Assembly: GCF_006345805.1 (NCBI RefSeq)
Contig: NC_043005.1
Location: 2,604,001 to 2,668,000 of the forward strand
DNA length: 64,000 bases
Origin: Octopus sinensis
Taxonomy: Eukaryota
Direction: 5' to 3'
This document shows positions 26,972 through 37,960 of this stretch, piece after piece (within the stretch, counting starts at the first letter, position 1; each line of letters begins with the position of its first letter). Both the position numbers and the translations under genes were made by a program. The notes beneath the pieces are model-generated. The model ran no database searches. It saw nothing but the letters and a program-made list of their open reading frames with translations, and was not told where the DNA came from.

Positions 26972-28345
26972 TGTTTCTTTATTAGCCACACAGGGCTGCA
27001 CACAGACGGGACAGATTACAAAGTAGAGCTTTTTGGAAAAAAAGAAGTGGGGTAGGTTTTCGATCAAAAGGGATCGTAAAGGGAAAGAAGAAAAAAAAAG
27101 AAAAAAAGGAAAAGAAACAAAAGAAAAAAGAAGAAAAAAAGAAAGGAAAAAAGGGGAAAAAGAAAAACAATCAATAGGGATCGTGTATCACAGTGTCATG
27201 ATGTACGGTGTAGAGGGGAAAGCAGATAAGGTTTATCCGTGCAAAGAAAAGCCTACGGAAAAGACCACGGTAACCTCGGTCAATATTGTTACATGTTACC
27301 ACATTTGTTTGCAAGTGGGTAACCCTCTGTTTTCAATTTCTGGGTTCATAGGATCATGCTCAAGGTGGCTTCGTCATTCATACGTGCCATCCTTGCTACA
27401 TTCACCCATCTTTTTTAAAAACATTCGCTAGACAAAACTTGCCTCTCTACTCACACTTTCCTTTTCAAGTGATACTTGAAGAAGTTGATGAGAGATTGTC
27501 CAGAGAGTTCAAATTCTGCCGGGGTCAACTTTGCCGTTTATCATCTTGGAGGTCATTAAAAATAGAAGGGCAGTCAGTTGCGGAGGGGGGTGTCTTCTTA
27601 ATCAACTAAACTCACCACATCCCTAAATTTTAGGCCTGGTGACCATCTCAGAAATTATTGGTTTCAAATATTGGCATAAGGCAATCTCGGGGGGAGGGGT
27701 TGAGTCGATTACGTCGACCCCAGGGCTCAACTGATATTTATCTCATCGACCCCAAAAGAACGAAAGGCAAAGTCTTTGATGAGAGAAAAGTTAATGGCTA
27801 TTTCAGGCCGGAAAGGGACACAAGAAGAAACCAAAGATCCACGGGGTTTGTTTATTACATGGACACTGTGTTACTTGACATAAAAGAATGCCATAACGCA
27901 TACTGAGGGTGGGTTGCGGAGTAGTGTCTATTAGATCGACTCAAGCACTTCATTGGTGCGTCATTTATCAAAGCCAGGAGAAAGGAAACGTCGACTCTGG
28001 TAGGATACGAACTCAGAACGGAAAGGAACACAACTAGCAAGTGTAGATCAGTTTATCAACCGCTCTGCTGATTCTGAAAATCTACAACGTTGAAAATAAA
28101 ATTTGATTAAATTGAGTTGTCCTACCCCGCATCCAGAATCAGTAACCCTATCATTGACCCTATTTTCCACAAACCTCTATACCAGTTGTTCTCAACCTTT
28201 TTTTTCTTTCTTTTTTTACGTATGAACCCCTTGAGTTATTTTATGATACTGATTAAAGAAAACGAATAGTCGTAGAAAGATCTCGATGCCCCGGAAAATT
28301 CACTGTAAAGTAATTAATTATATTAATTATATATATTTATATTAA

Positions 28346-29238
28346 TACGAGGGGTACCCAAAAGTAACCAGAAACGTTCTCTGTGGGACGAGCCCGTTGT
28401 AGTTCAGGCTACTGCTGCTAGAAGCTACTTGATGCGACCCTCAGGCATCAGTCTGCCAACCGGCGTCGTCGGTTAGACTCTACTGCGTCGTGGTACGTTT
28501 TTGCTTTGCTGTGCTTCTCCCCTGTTCGTCGATTCTTGTGATGGCTGAAACAAAGGAACAGCATGCTTCCGTGAAAATCTGTTTTCTGCTGGGGAAAACA
28601 GCAGCCAAAACAGTTGTCATGTTTCAAACAGCTTACAAGGATGCTGCCATGAGCAAAACACAAGTTTACGAGTGGTTTCCATGCTTTAGGAATGGTCATT
28701 TGAAGACCAGCCTTGTTCAGGACGACCTCCTGAACGAATGAAAACGTCATGAAAATTCCTGAACTAATCTTGGTCAACCATCACAAGACAATTGATGAAC
28801 TTTCTGATACGACTGGTGTCTCCCGGAGCTCCTGCCAACAAATTCCAAGTGAGGAATTGTGAATGGAAAGAGCTGCAGCAAAATTTGTGCCACACTTACT
28901 CAGAGAAGATCGGAAACAGTCACAACTGAATGCATGTCATGGAACTGAAAGAACAGCCGGAAGTTGATCCGGACCTTTTTTTGGAAGGTCATCACTGGTG
29001 ACGAAAACTGGTGCTACGGAATTTGCAGATGTGGAAGAGGTGAAGAAAAGAAACGACGGAAAGGTTAAAAGACATCACTTCGCAGGAGTTGCAGCTCTGC
29101 TTTGAATAGTAGAAAACGTGCTTGGACTGATGGAGTGCGTCAAATGGAGAATACTTTGAAAGTGATTAAAGCGTAAATACATAGAACTGAGGGAAGGAAA
29201 TAATACTTCAAAATTCCAGTTTCTTTTGGTTACTCCCT

Positions 29239-29241
<3 letters not shown>
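28346..29241 (+). mobile_element. Mariner transposon with both TIRs, internally deleted
   Basis: tacgaggggtacccaaaagtaacc ... ttttggttactccctcgt; MAETKEQHASVKICFLLGKTAAKT...MSKTQVYEWF and VITGDENW motifs. Confidence 0.9.
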
Positions 29242-29269
<28 letters not shown>

Positions 29270-29273
<4 letters not shown>

Positions 29274-32200
29274 GCAGAGTTTTGTCGCGTGTCCATAATT
29301 CATTTGGTTTCTCCTTGACCACTTGTTTCTCCTCTGTCCGTGTTTATTCCTCTCATGACTAATGAGGCCGATTCTTGCATGGAAGTGTCTGCTGCAAAAT
29401 TCACAAGGAATCCGTGGTGGAGGCTTTGCTTGTTGCAGCCTCCGTTTTCTTTCTTCTTCTTTCCTCTGTCGTTCATCACAATGGAGATGAAATGATGCCT
29501 GTCCTGATCTTCAATGTCCCAGGCTTTGGGATCGATTCCAGTCAGTTTTAGGCTTTGCTTCAGCTGGTCCTTGTATCGACGGCCACGGAGTCTACTTCCG
29601 GTGGAAAGTTCACCATGTAAAATTTGACGAGGCAGTCTGCTTTCTTTCATTATTGCTACGTGGTCCGTCCATCTCAGACGATGTTTCCGGACGCTGGCCT
29701 CGATGCTGCTGATTTTCGTTCCTCCAAAACGGAGACATCGAGCATATAATCGTTCCATTTGATATTCATAATACAGCGAAGCTTCTGTTGGTGAAATCGC
29801 TCTAATATTTTGATGCCACTTGGGTAAAGAGTCCAGATTTCACAACCGTAGAGGAGAGTGGAGATCACGACTGCTCTTGGTAGACACTCAATTTTGTTTT
29901 GTGGTTCAGATCTTTGTTCTTAAAGACCCTTTTCGCGTGTCCACCAAATGCGGTGTGAGCTGTTCTTAATCAGTTCTCCACGTCCTTTTCTGATATGCAC
30001 TTATTCGAAAACAAACTTCCTAAGTATGAAAAGTGGTTGACTTTCCCCAGTGGTGTCTCCGAGATGGTAATTTCTCTAGTACAGGGATTACATATCAAAA
30101 CCAATCGTCTGAAGACTTCCTCATCACTGGAGGATTAAAAAAAAGATGCGTTTTAGCCGCAACGGGTTGTGCCAAAATTTGTGTCTTTTTGGTGTTGACC
30201 TTTAGGTGAAGTTATTCACCGATTGTTGAAGCTGTTCATTGGAGCGGCAGAGTGCTGCGTTGTCATCAGTACACTAGGTTCAGTGACCTTTTGCTTCCTG
30301 GTTAGTCTTCATGACTTCAATCTGGCAAGGGTGAAACACCACCCCGACGTCATATTGCTACCTAATGTTGACTCCTGGATTGTCCGAAGGCAGTTCATAA
30401 AACATTGCTGCAAGGTACAGCATCGTTGCGGCTAAAACGCATCTTTTTTTAATCCTCCAGTGATGGGGAAGTTTTCAGACGGTTGGTTTTGATATGTAAT
30501 CCCTGTACTAGAGAAATTAACTGATCTGGACAGCCGAAGCGTCGGAGGACCTTCCACATTGCAAGCCTTGGGACAGCATCAAGGGCCATTCCCAGATCGT
30601 AGAAAACAAAATAGAGATGTTTTTGTTGTTCTCTACTCTTTTCTTGTATTCGTCGAGTACAAAAGATCAGTTGTCCCTCTGGATGGTCGAAATCCACATT
30701 GTGATTCGGATAGGGCTTCCTCCGCGATAATTTGCAGACGATCCAGGAGCCTTGTAAAGATTTTCCCTGCAGTGGAGAGCAGTGAGATGTCACGAGAGTT
30801 CCCACTGATCTTTCTATTTCCTTTTTTTTTTTTTTTTGAAGATTGTAATAATAACAGCATCTTTGAGGTCTTTGGGAACATGGCGGTTCTTCCACATTCG
30901 GAGAATCAATGTGAACAGACTGGTATTTAATAGTAGTCCACCATGTTTTAGAATTTCTACTGGGATGTTATCTGGACCAGGAGACATCAGCTACTTCATG
31001 CGGTTGAGGGCAATCTGGTACTCTTTGTAGGATGGTGGCGGGTTCATCCAGTGTCGAGTTAGATGCATGGATACGTTCTTCAAGAAATCTTCCGACTCGT
31101 TGGAGTCTTGGTTCAGAAGACTCGAGAAGTGCTCTCTCCAGCGTTGAAGGATATCTTGTGGGTCCGTCAGGATGGTGGTGGAGTCTACTGATTGAAGAGA
31201 CCCTGTTGATGATCTCATAGGCCCAAAAAGTTCCTTCGCTCCTGCGTAGAAGCAGCTGAGGTGATGGGCGTCAACATACCCTTGGAGTTCAATAGCTTTT
31301 TGTTGCCTAGTCGTTCTGCATCTCAATTTTGTTTGGCATTGTCTTTTGAGGTCCTGATATCTCACCTTCTTGTGCCGCGATCTTGGATTTTGCTTATTAG
31401 AGAGGCGGGTTTGCCGTTTTGCATTGATCAGCTGACTGGTTTCTTGATCATTGTCTTCTTTTGCTGTACCCGAGGGTGTTTTCAGCCAATTCAGTGATGC
31501 TTTTTCGAAGTGTGCTCCATTCCTTATCCATATCCTGGTTGTCAGATGGGATGGATTGAAGGTGTCTGAGAATGGAAGATGCACAAAGGGAGCTGATCTC
31601 TGGGTTGTTAAGCTTCGATATATCAAATTTTCTTCTGACTAGTTTTGTTTTTCCAGTCTTCGGTCTGCTGTTAACCATTGTTCGAAGGCGGGTGATGACT
31701 AGATGATGGTCTGTCCAGCAATCGCCAGCGCCGTTAGCCGTTCGCGTGATGAGGACGTTTCTTTTGTTTGCCAATAGAGGTGCCGATGTTTCGAACTGGG
31801 ATGCTTCCAGGTGGTCTTAAAGCAATTTGGAAGTCGAAATTGGTGTTGGTGATGAAGAGAGTGTTCAGCGCACAACCCAAGGAGCAAGAGACCATTTTCA
31901 TTGCAGTTTCCGACTTCTTTGTTGATAACATTCTCTCATAGCCTCTTGTCTCTCTCCACTTTTTGCATTGAAATCCCCGTGGACGAGGAGGAGGAGGAGC
32001 AGGAGGAGGAGCAGGAGGAGCTTATCATTTGGTGGTGCATTGAGGATCAGGTCACTTAGCTGTTGGTAGAAGGTGTTTTTCACATTGTCGTTGGCATCAA
32101 GTGTAGGTGCTTAAGCAGAGATCAGTGTCATAAAGGTGATGGCAGAGATCGGTATTCGGAGAGTAATAAGCCGTTCATTGATGACAGAAGGTTCCAGATG

Positions 32201-33290
32201 GTTTTCCTTCACAAGCTTGGATTTCACAGCAAAAGCGATTCCATGAATTTGTCTCTCTCCTTCTTTCCCTTTCCAGAAGAAGGTATAACTTGAACCTACC
32301 TCTTCAGTCTTTCCTTCCCCAGATAGAGGTGTTTCATTGAGGACAGCGATGTCGATGTTAAATCTCGTCAGTTCTTTGAAGACAAGAGCTCTTCTGCGTT
32401 CTGGTCTTTCTGTCTCTCGAGGATCGAGGAACGTTCGTATGTTCCATGTTCCAATGGTTAATTAAATTAATTTATTTAATTTCATTTTTGTTGCTGTTCG
32501 ACCGCTTGAATGGGAGTCCTGCCGGATGCGGCTTACCAGCCAGGATTCTGGGGTAACATCTGGTATTTAGCTCCTCTTTTCTTGGGTCTTCCCCATTCAG
32601 GGTGAGCAGCGGTGTTCCCAAATAAGCCTGCCCAGCCTGTAGAACCGAATCTCTGGGTTGTCACCATATCCCAGGAAGTGCAGGTCTGGACAAGGAGCTT
32701 TTAGTTTCACCAAAACCTGCTCCCCCCCCCATCCTTACCCCATCTCCGTTGGGATTTTGTAAAAAAAAAAGTGGAGAGGGGAAGAGTTGGATCAAAAAGA
32801 AGTTAGTCTATGGCATGAGTTTGTTTAGGGTGCAGATCTCCTGGAATGATATGCGAGGTCTGGAAGATGGGTTGCCACAGAATGCCGCTAGCTCCAATGT
32901 TATTAGAGTTGCGCCTTTCCAGTCAGTCCGTCTGGCATCGACCTCTTCCGCTAGGATCAATCGTTGAGGTTTTAATTTGGTGTTGTGAGGGAGGACAGAG
33001 CACCCGTGCCCTTGTCTGAACAAATTTTTGTTTTTAGTTCTGATAGATGCCCTCACACCCTCCTCCAAGATCCAGCAGGCCGAACCAAAAGGAGAGCAGG
33101 TTTAGTCGCCGATGACCCGACCATGACTGAGAGAAGTGGGAGTACATGGTCACCTGTTGTCTCCAGGAAGGGACCTCAGCACCACGCCCTCGTCTATATT
33201 ATTCATAGAAATATAGAAATTCATTCTTTCTGTTTATTTAATTCACACAGATAGCGGTCATAGCCAAAATGAAAAGCTAACAAGTTGTTG
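29270..33290 (-). mobile_element. Near full-length RTE-clade LINE (AP endonuclease and RT), frameshifted
   Basis: LTIGTWNIRT at about 32460, VHGDFNA, WTDHHLV, ESQCGFRPSRGT, LLYGCEIWTLY, HRLRWTDHV, GRRYKDQLK; about 800 bp 5'UTR. Confidence 0.92.
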
Positions 33291-33374
33291 AGCACTCACT
33301 TTGAATAAATGTTTTGATTGGATAAACTAAGATTGCCTTGTGAAATTCATTTGTGTCTAGTTAACAGAACCTGC

Positions 33375-33624
33375 ATGTGTGTGTAGAGTGTGTGTGTGTG
33401 TGTGTGTATGTGTGTGTGTGTGTTTGTTTGTGTGTTTGTGTGTGTGGTGTGTGGGTGCGGTCGTGTGTGTGTGTGTATTTGTGTGTGTGTGTGTGTTGTG
33501 TGTGTGTGTGTGCGTGTTGCGTATGTGTGTGTGTGTTGTGTGTGGTGTGCGTGTGTGTTGTGTGTGCGGTGTGTTTTGTGTGTTTGTGTTTGTGTGTGCG
33601 TGTGCGTGTGCGTGTGTGTGTGTA

Positions 33625-33656
<32 letters not shown>

Positions 33657-33830
33657 GTGTGTGTGTGTGTCGTGTGAGTGTGTGTGTATTTGTGTGTGTG
33701 TTGTGTGTGTGTGCGTGTGTGTGTGTGTGCGTGTGTGTGTGTGTGTGCGGGTTTGTGTGTGTGGGTGTTTGTTGTTGTGGTTGCGTGTGCGTGTGTGTGT
33801 GTTTGTGTGTGTGTGTGCGTGTGTGTGTGT
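33375..33830. repeat. Long imperfect (TG)n microsatellite
   Basis: Direct inspection. Confidence 0.97.
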
Positions 33831-34054
33831 TGACAGAACTTTCATATGTGCGCAAGAGAGAGAGTGGAGAGATACAGAAACAGAAAGAGACAGAAAAACA
33901 GAAGCGAGGTGTCAAAATCTGTTAATGTCAAACCTACAAAACCCCTACTTTTTATCGACAAGGGTGTCTTATATCTTGGCTCCTTCAAACGTTAACACGT
34001 CTTGGCTCCGTGTCATGCTACAAATTCAAATTAGTGCTTGCCACATGTTTTTAC

Positions 34055-34060
34055 TATTAC

Positions 34061-34101
<41 letters not shown>

Positions 34102-34124
34102 TATTACTATTATTATTATTATTA

Positions 34125-34156
<32 letters not shown>

Positions 34157-34300
34157 TATATTATTATTATTATTATTACTATTATATTATTATTATTACT
34201 ATTATATATTATTATTATTATTATTAATTATTTATTATTATTATTATTATTATTACTATTATTATTATTATTATTATTATTACTATTTATATTATTATTA

Positions 34301-34343
<43 letters not shown>

Positions 34344-34345
34344 CA
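34055..34345. repeat. Long imperfect (TAT)n microsatellite
   Basis: Direct inspection. Confidence 0.97.
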
Positions 34346-34571
34346 CGTATTGATTACAGTTACTACTCTTAGATAATTATATTGCCCAAAATGAGAATGT
34401 TTCCCTATACTTTGTAGTTATACAATCACAACCACACACACACACATTCTGTTCTCTCGCTCGCTTCTCTCTCTCTCTCTCTCTCTCTCTTTATCTCTTC
34501 TCTCTCTTCTCTCTCTGTCCTCGATTCCTCACATGCACACAGACATGTATTGTGTGTACGTGTGTGGATGT

Positions 34572-34602
<31 letters not shown>

Positions 34603-34684
34603 ATATATTATATATTATAATATATGTGTGTGTGTGTGTGTGTGTGTTATGTATTATATATATATATATTATATATATCATGAA

Positions 34685-35040
34685 GTATATTTGCCACCTA
34701 AATGTGGCTAACCCTTAAGGGTTGATGCTACTGTTGCTTGTAGCCCCAGGAAGACATCTCCTCCAGCTGGCTATTGACACACTATCTGTACCCTATCAGT
34801 ATTTGCAAAGCGAAGTCATCGTTCCCATCTCCAGCCTGACCTGATACATTCGGACACGAGTTTCTGGGTATTGACCCATCATTAGCGTGTGACTTTTCGT
34901 CCCTGGAAAAAGTATACATATTTGCATTGAGAACCGGTGGTTGTCACACGCTGATGACGGATCAATAGTCAGAAAATCGGGTCTGTGTGTATCACGTCAG
35001 GCTGAAGATGGGAACGACGGCTTCCCTTTGCAAATACTTT
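34685..35040 (-). mobile_element. Penelope-type terminal repeat with decayed hammerhead, plus an inverted partial copy
   Basis: Minus 34893-34851 reads cacacg-CTAATGA-tgggt caat accca-GAAAC-tcgt-GTC; plus 34943-35040 is an inverted copy with CTGATGA; same family as 36106-36460. Confidence 0.7.
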
Positions 35041-35460
35041 GCAAATACCCTGACAACGCTTCAAAATTCGTTGGACAGACGATTTTGGAATACCTAGCTC
35101 ATGATTCGTTTGCCGCAAAGATCGTCTTCAGTACTTCTTCTTGCTTTGTTAGGGTTGTTGATGTTCGTGCTTTTCTGGAACGCTTCTTGTAGACATTCTG
35201 AACCGTTCCATCGGCCTCAAACTTATCTCTAATTCGGGTGATAGTAAGTTGCGTTGGTGGATCTGTTTGAAACTCCCTCCTAAACTCTCTTTGCACTTCA
35301 ATTGCGCTTTCACACTTCCAGTAGCATTTTAGAATGCATTTCCTTTGTTCAAAGCTGAGTCTGACCGCCATCATTAATTCCAATGGGTTTCATCTGGAAG
35401 GAAAAAATCACTGAGTTATCAGCTGCTAAAGTGTGCATACATTTTGGGGGCACCCAGTAT
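35040..35460 (-). mobile_element. Tc1/mariner-superfamily transposon 5' fragment (HTH domain and TIR)
   Basis: TIR tactgggtgcccccaaaatgtatgcacac; ORF LSFEQRKCILKCYWKCESAIEVQREFRREFQTDPPTQLTITRIRDKFEADGTV. Confidence 0.85.
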
Positions 35461-35599
35461 ATATATATATATATATATACGTATGTAAGTATATGTACAT
35501 ATATTTATATATATATATATATTATATATAATATATATATATATATTATATATATATATATATATATACATTATACGTAAAAATATATAGAGTAGCGAG

Positions 35600-36012
35600 T
35601 TTTTTTAGAAAGTTCACTACCAATGGTCTAGCATGTATAAAAAGTCAATAGACACTTATTCTCCATATAAAATTAGTGTACATTTAAACACAAGATAGGC
35701 GGCCTTTAACAAGCAGCCTTACACGCTAGAAGAAACAGTCAAAACGACCAAAACCACATTTAAGAGCAATTTCGAAGGGAATGAAAAATAAAAATTTTTA
35801 CCTTGTTTTTTTTACATCCATACCTAGGTTTCAAACTCTAATTAGCAAATAAGATAATTTGCTAGGCAGAGTTCTCATCAGTGGCTATGCCAAAACACTA
35901 ACATATAATTTAGAGACGTTTTGACTGTTTTTGGTCGTTTTGCTTGCTTCTTCTAGCGTGTAAGGCTGCCAGTTAAAGGCCGCCTCTCTTGTGTTTAAAT
36001 ATACACTAATTT

Positions 36013-36018
<6 letters not shown>
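35600..36018 (-). mobile_element. Non-autonomous Penelope-type element: 71-bp inverted arms around a hammerhead ribozyme
   Basis: Arms 35664-35734 and 35948-36018 are reverse complements (4 mismatches by eye); hammerhead in between. Confidence 0.75.
35815..35887 (-). ncRNA. Type I hammerhead ribozyme motif with intact core
   Basis: Minus strand: (UAG)CCA-CUGAUGA-GAACUCU[GCC UAGCAAAU UAUCUU AUUUGCUA AUU]AGAGUUU-GAAAC-CUAG-GUA-UGG(AUG); all core nucleotides present; predicted cleavage between 35821 and 35820. Confidence 0.8.
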
Positions 36019-36057
<39 letters not shown>

Positions 36058-36105
36058 ACAATGATAAATCTCAGAGCGAGTTATAAACCGTAGCAGCAAC
36101 ACATC

Positions 36106-36460
36106 GTGACGTATATTTGCCATTTGAATATGGCTAACCCCTAAGGGTGGATGCTACTGTAGTTTGTAGCCCCAGGAGGACACCTCCTCCAGCTGGCTAT
36201 AGACACACTTTCTGCGCCATATCAGTATTTGCGAAGGGAAGTCATCCTTCCCGTCTTCAACTTATGATACACACGGACTCAAGTTTCAGGGTATTGTGAT
36301 CATAAGTTGAAGACGGGAAGGATGGCTTCCCTTCGCAAATACTGATAGAGCACAGAAAGTGTGTCTATAGCCAGCTGGAGGAGGTGTCCTCCTGGGGCTA
36401 CAAATACAGTAGCATCCATATTCAAAATTAGCCATATTCAAATGGCAAATATTACGTCAC
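36106..36460. repeat. Fold-back palindrome (arms 36106-36268 and 36299-36460, 30-nt loop) derived from a PLE terminal repeat
   Basis: Arms are near-perfect reverse complements; homologous to 34690-34860. Confidence 0.9.
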
Positions 36461-36599
36461 TATATATATATATATATATATATATAACAAAGAAAATGGA
36501 TACAATAAATTAATTATAATCGCCGGTGTACCAGTACACGCCATATATTATACATATATCATTACATTCAAGGCGAAGAGTGCACTAGATACACAATAG

Positions 36600-36900
36600 C
36601 TGGATAAATTTAGTGAGATGAGAATTAAAAACTTTTACAAACTTAACTTTTCTTATACTGCAGTTTCGCCAAATTCAGTAATAAAAATAGTATTTATTTA
36701 CTCAGGCTGGCTCTTCAAGTGGTGTCATTGAGACCCAAAGGTGTCAGGTAATGCTGAATAAGTGCTATAGACAGACCATAGTTAAGTTCCAGATTCGGAA
36801 ATTTTGCGAATATTGCATATATAGCATTATGTCTAAAAAATGGATTTACAACTTCAATATTCATACTTATCTTGCATCTATTTTCTTTCCTCCACCTCAC
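36600..36900 (-). mobile_element. Penelope 3' end relic with decayed hammerhead
   Basis: ...IQHYLTPLGLND resembles the PLE terminal LxTxxPxGLN; downstream TTGAAGA-gcca...tggc-GAAAC-tgca-GTA at 36718-36656. Confidence 0.55.
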
Positions 36901-37060
36901 TCTCTATTTTGTATCACATCTAAACTAACTATGACTTAACTATACTCTCACACCATCTCCGATGAAGGGATATAACTAATAAATATCCTAGAAACAGCTG
37001 TAAGACCTTCTATCTATAAATGCTCTAATATCTACACAGCCTTGGTTTTTTATCTTATTA
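36830..37060 (+). mobile_element. Penelope 3' terminal repeat relic with mutated hammerhead
   Basis: tct-CCGATGA-agggatat aactaataa atatccta-GAAAC-agct-GTA-aga at 36956-37005. Confidence 0.55.
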
Positions 37061-37089
37061 CGTAAAAATTCTTAAATATATATATATGT

Positions 37090-37159
<70 letters not shown>

Positions 37160-37460
37160 ATGTATATGTATATATACGTATATATATACATATATATACA
37201 TGTCAATAATACAATGATTGTTTCTTATCAGGAACAAAATGTTTAATAGGATTGCTATAGAAGTGCTCAATTGAATGAGACAAATATATCAAACTATAGT
37301 TGCAGAACAAACAAATACAGGGTCATCCACCTAACATTTCATATCTCGAACATTTAATCATAGAATATACATTTATGACATCACGGAAGATGAAACATAA
37401 CTCATCATATAAGAAAGTGCGAGAAAAATGTGTGAATACAGTGCATGGTGTATATATATT

Positions 37461-37582
<122 letters not shown>

Positions 37583-37634
37583 ATATATATATATATATAT
37601 ATATCGATATATATATATATATATACATACATGT

Positions 37635-37850
37635 GGAGGCGCAATGGCCCAGTGGTTAGGGCAGCGGACTCGAGGTCGTACGATCGCGGCTTCGATTCCC
37701 AGACGGGCGTTTGTGAGTGTTTATTGAGCGAAAACACTTAAAAGCTCCACGACGCTCCGGCAGAGGGTGGTGATCCCTGCTGTACTCTTTCACCACTCTT
37801 TCTCCCACTCTTTCTTCTGTTGGTCTGCTTGCTTAGCTAGCGGGGGGGAG
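37635..37850 (+). mobile_element. SINE family C, 5' part
   Basis: ggaggcgcaatggcccagtggttagggcagcggac tRNA-like head; matches 62037-62230. Confidence 0.88.
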
Positions 37851-37869
37851 TCATTCGAAGGCTCGGTAA

Positions 37870-37960
37870 AGTGAGAAAGTCTTTTACGTTTCGAGCCTAT
37901 GCTCTTCAACAGAAAGGAATATGAGGAAATAAACAATTTGTAGAGATGTATGGATGTATG
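37870..37960 (-). mobile_element. Short PLE-type terminal repeat with hammerhead-like fold
   Basis: CUUU-CUGUUGA-A-GAGC AUAG GCUC-GAAAC-GUA-AAAG at 37916-37881. Confidence 0.6.
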
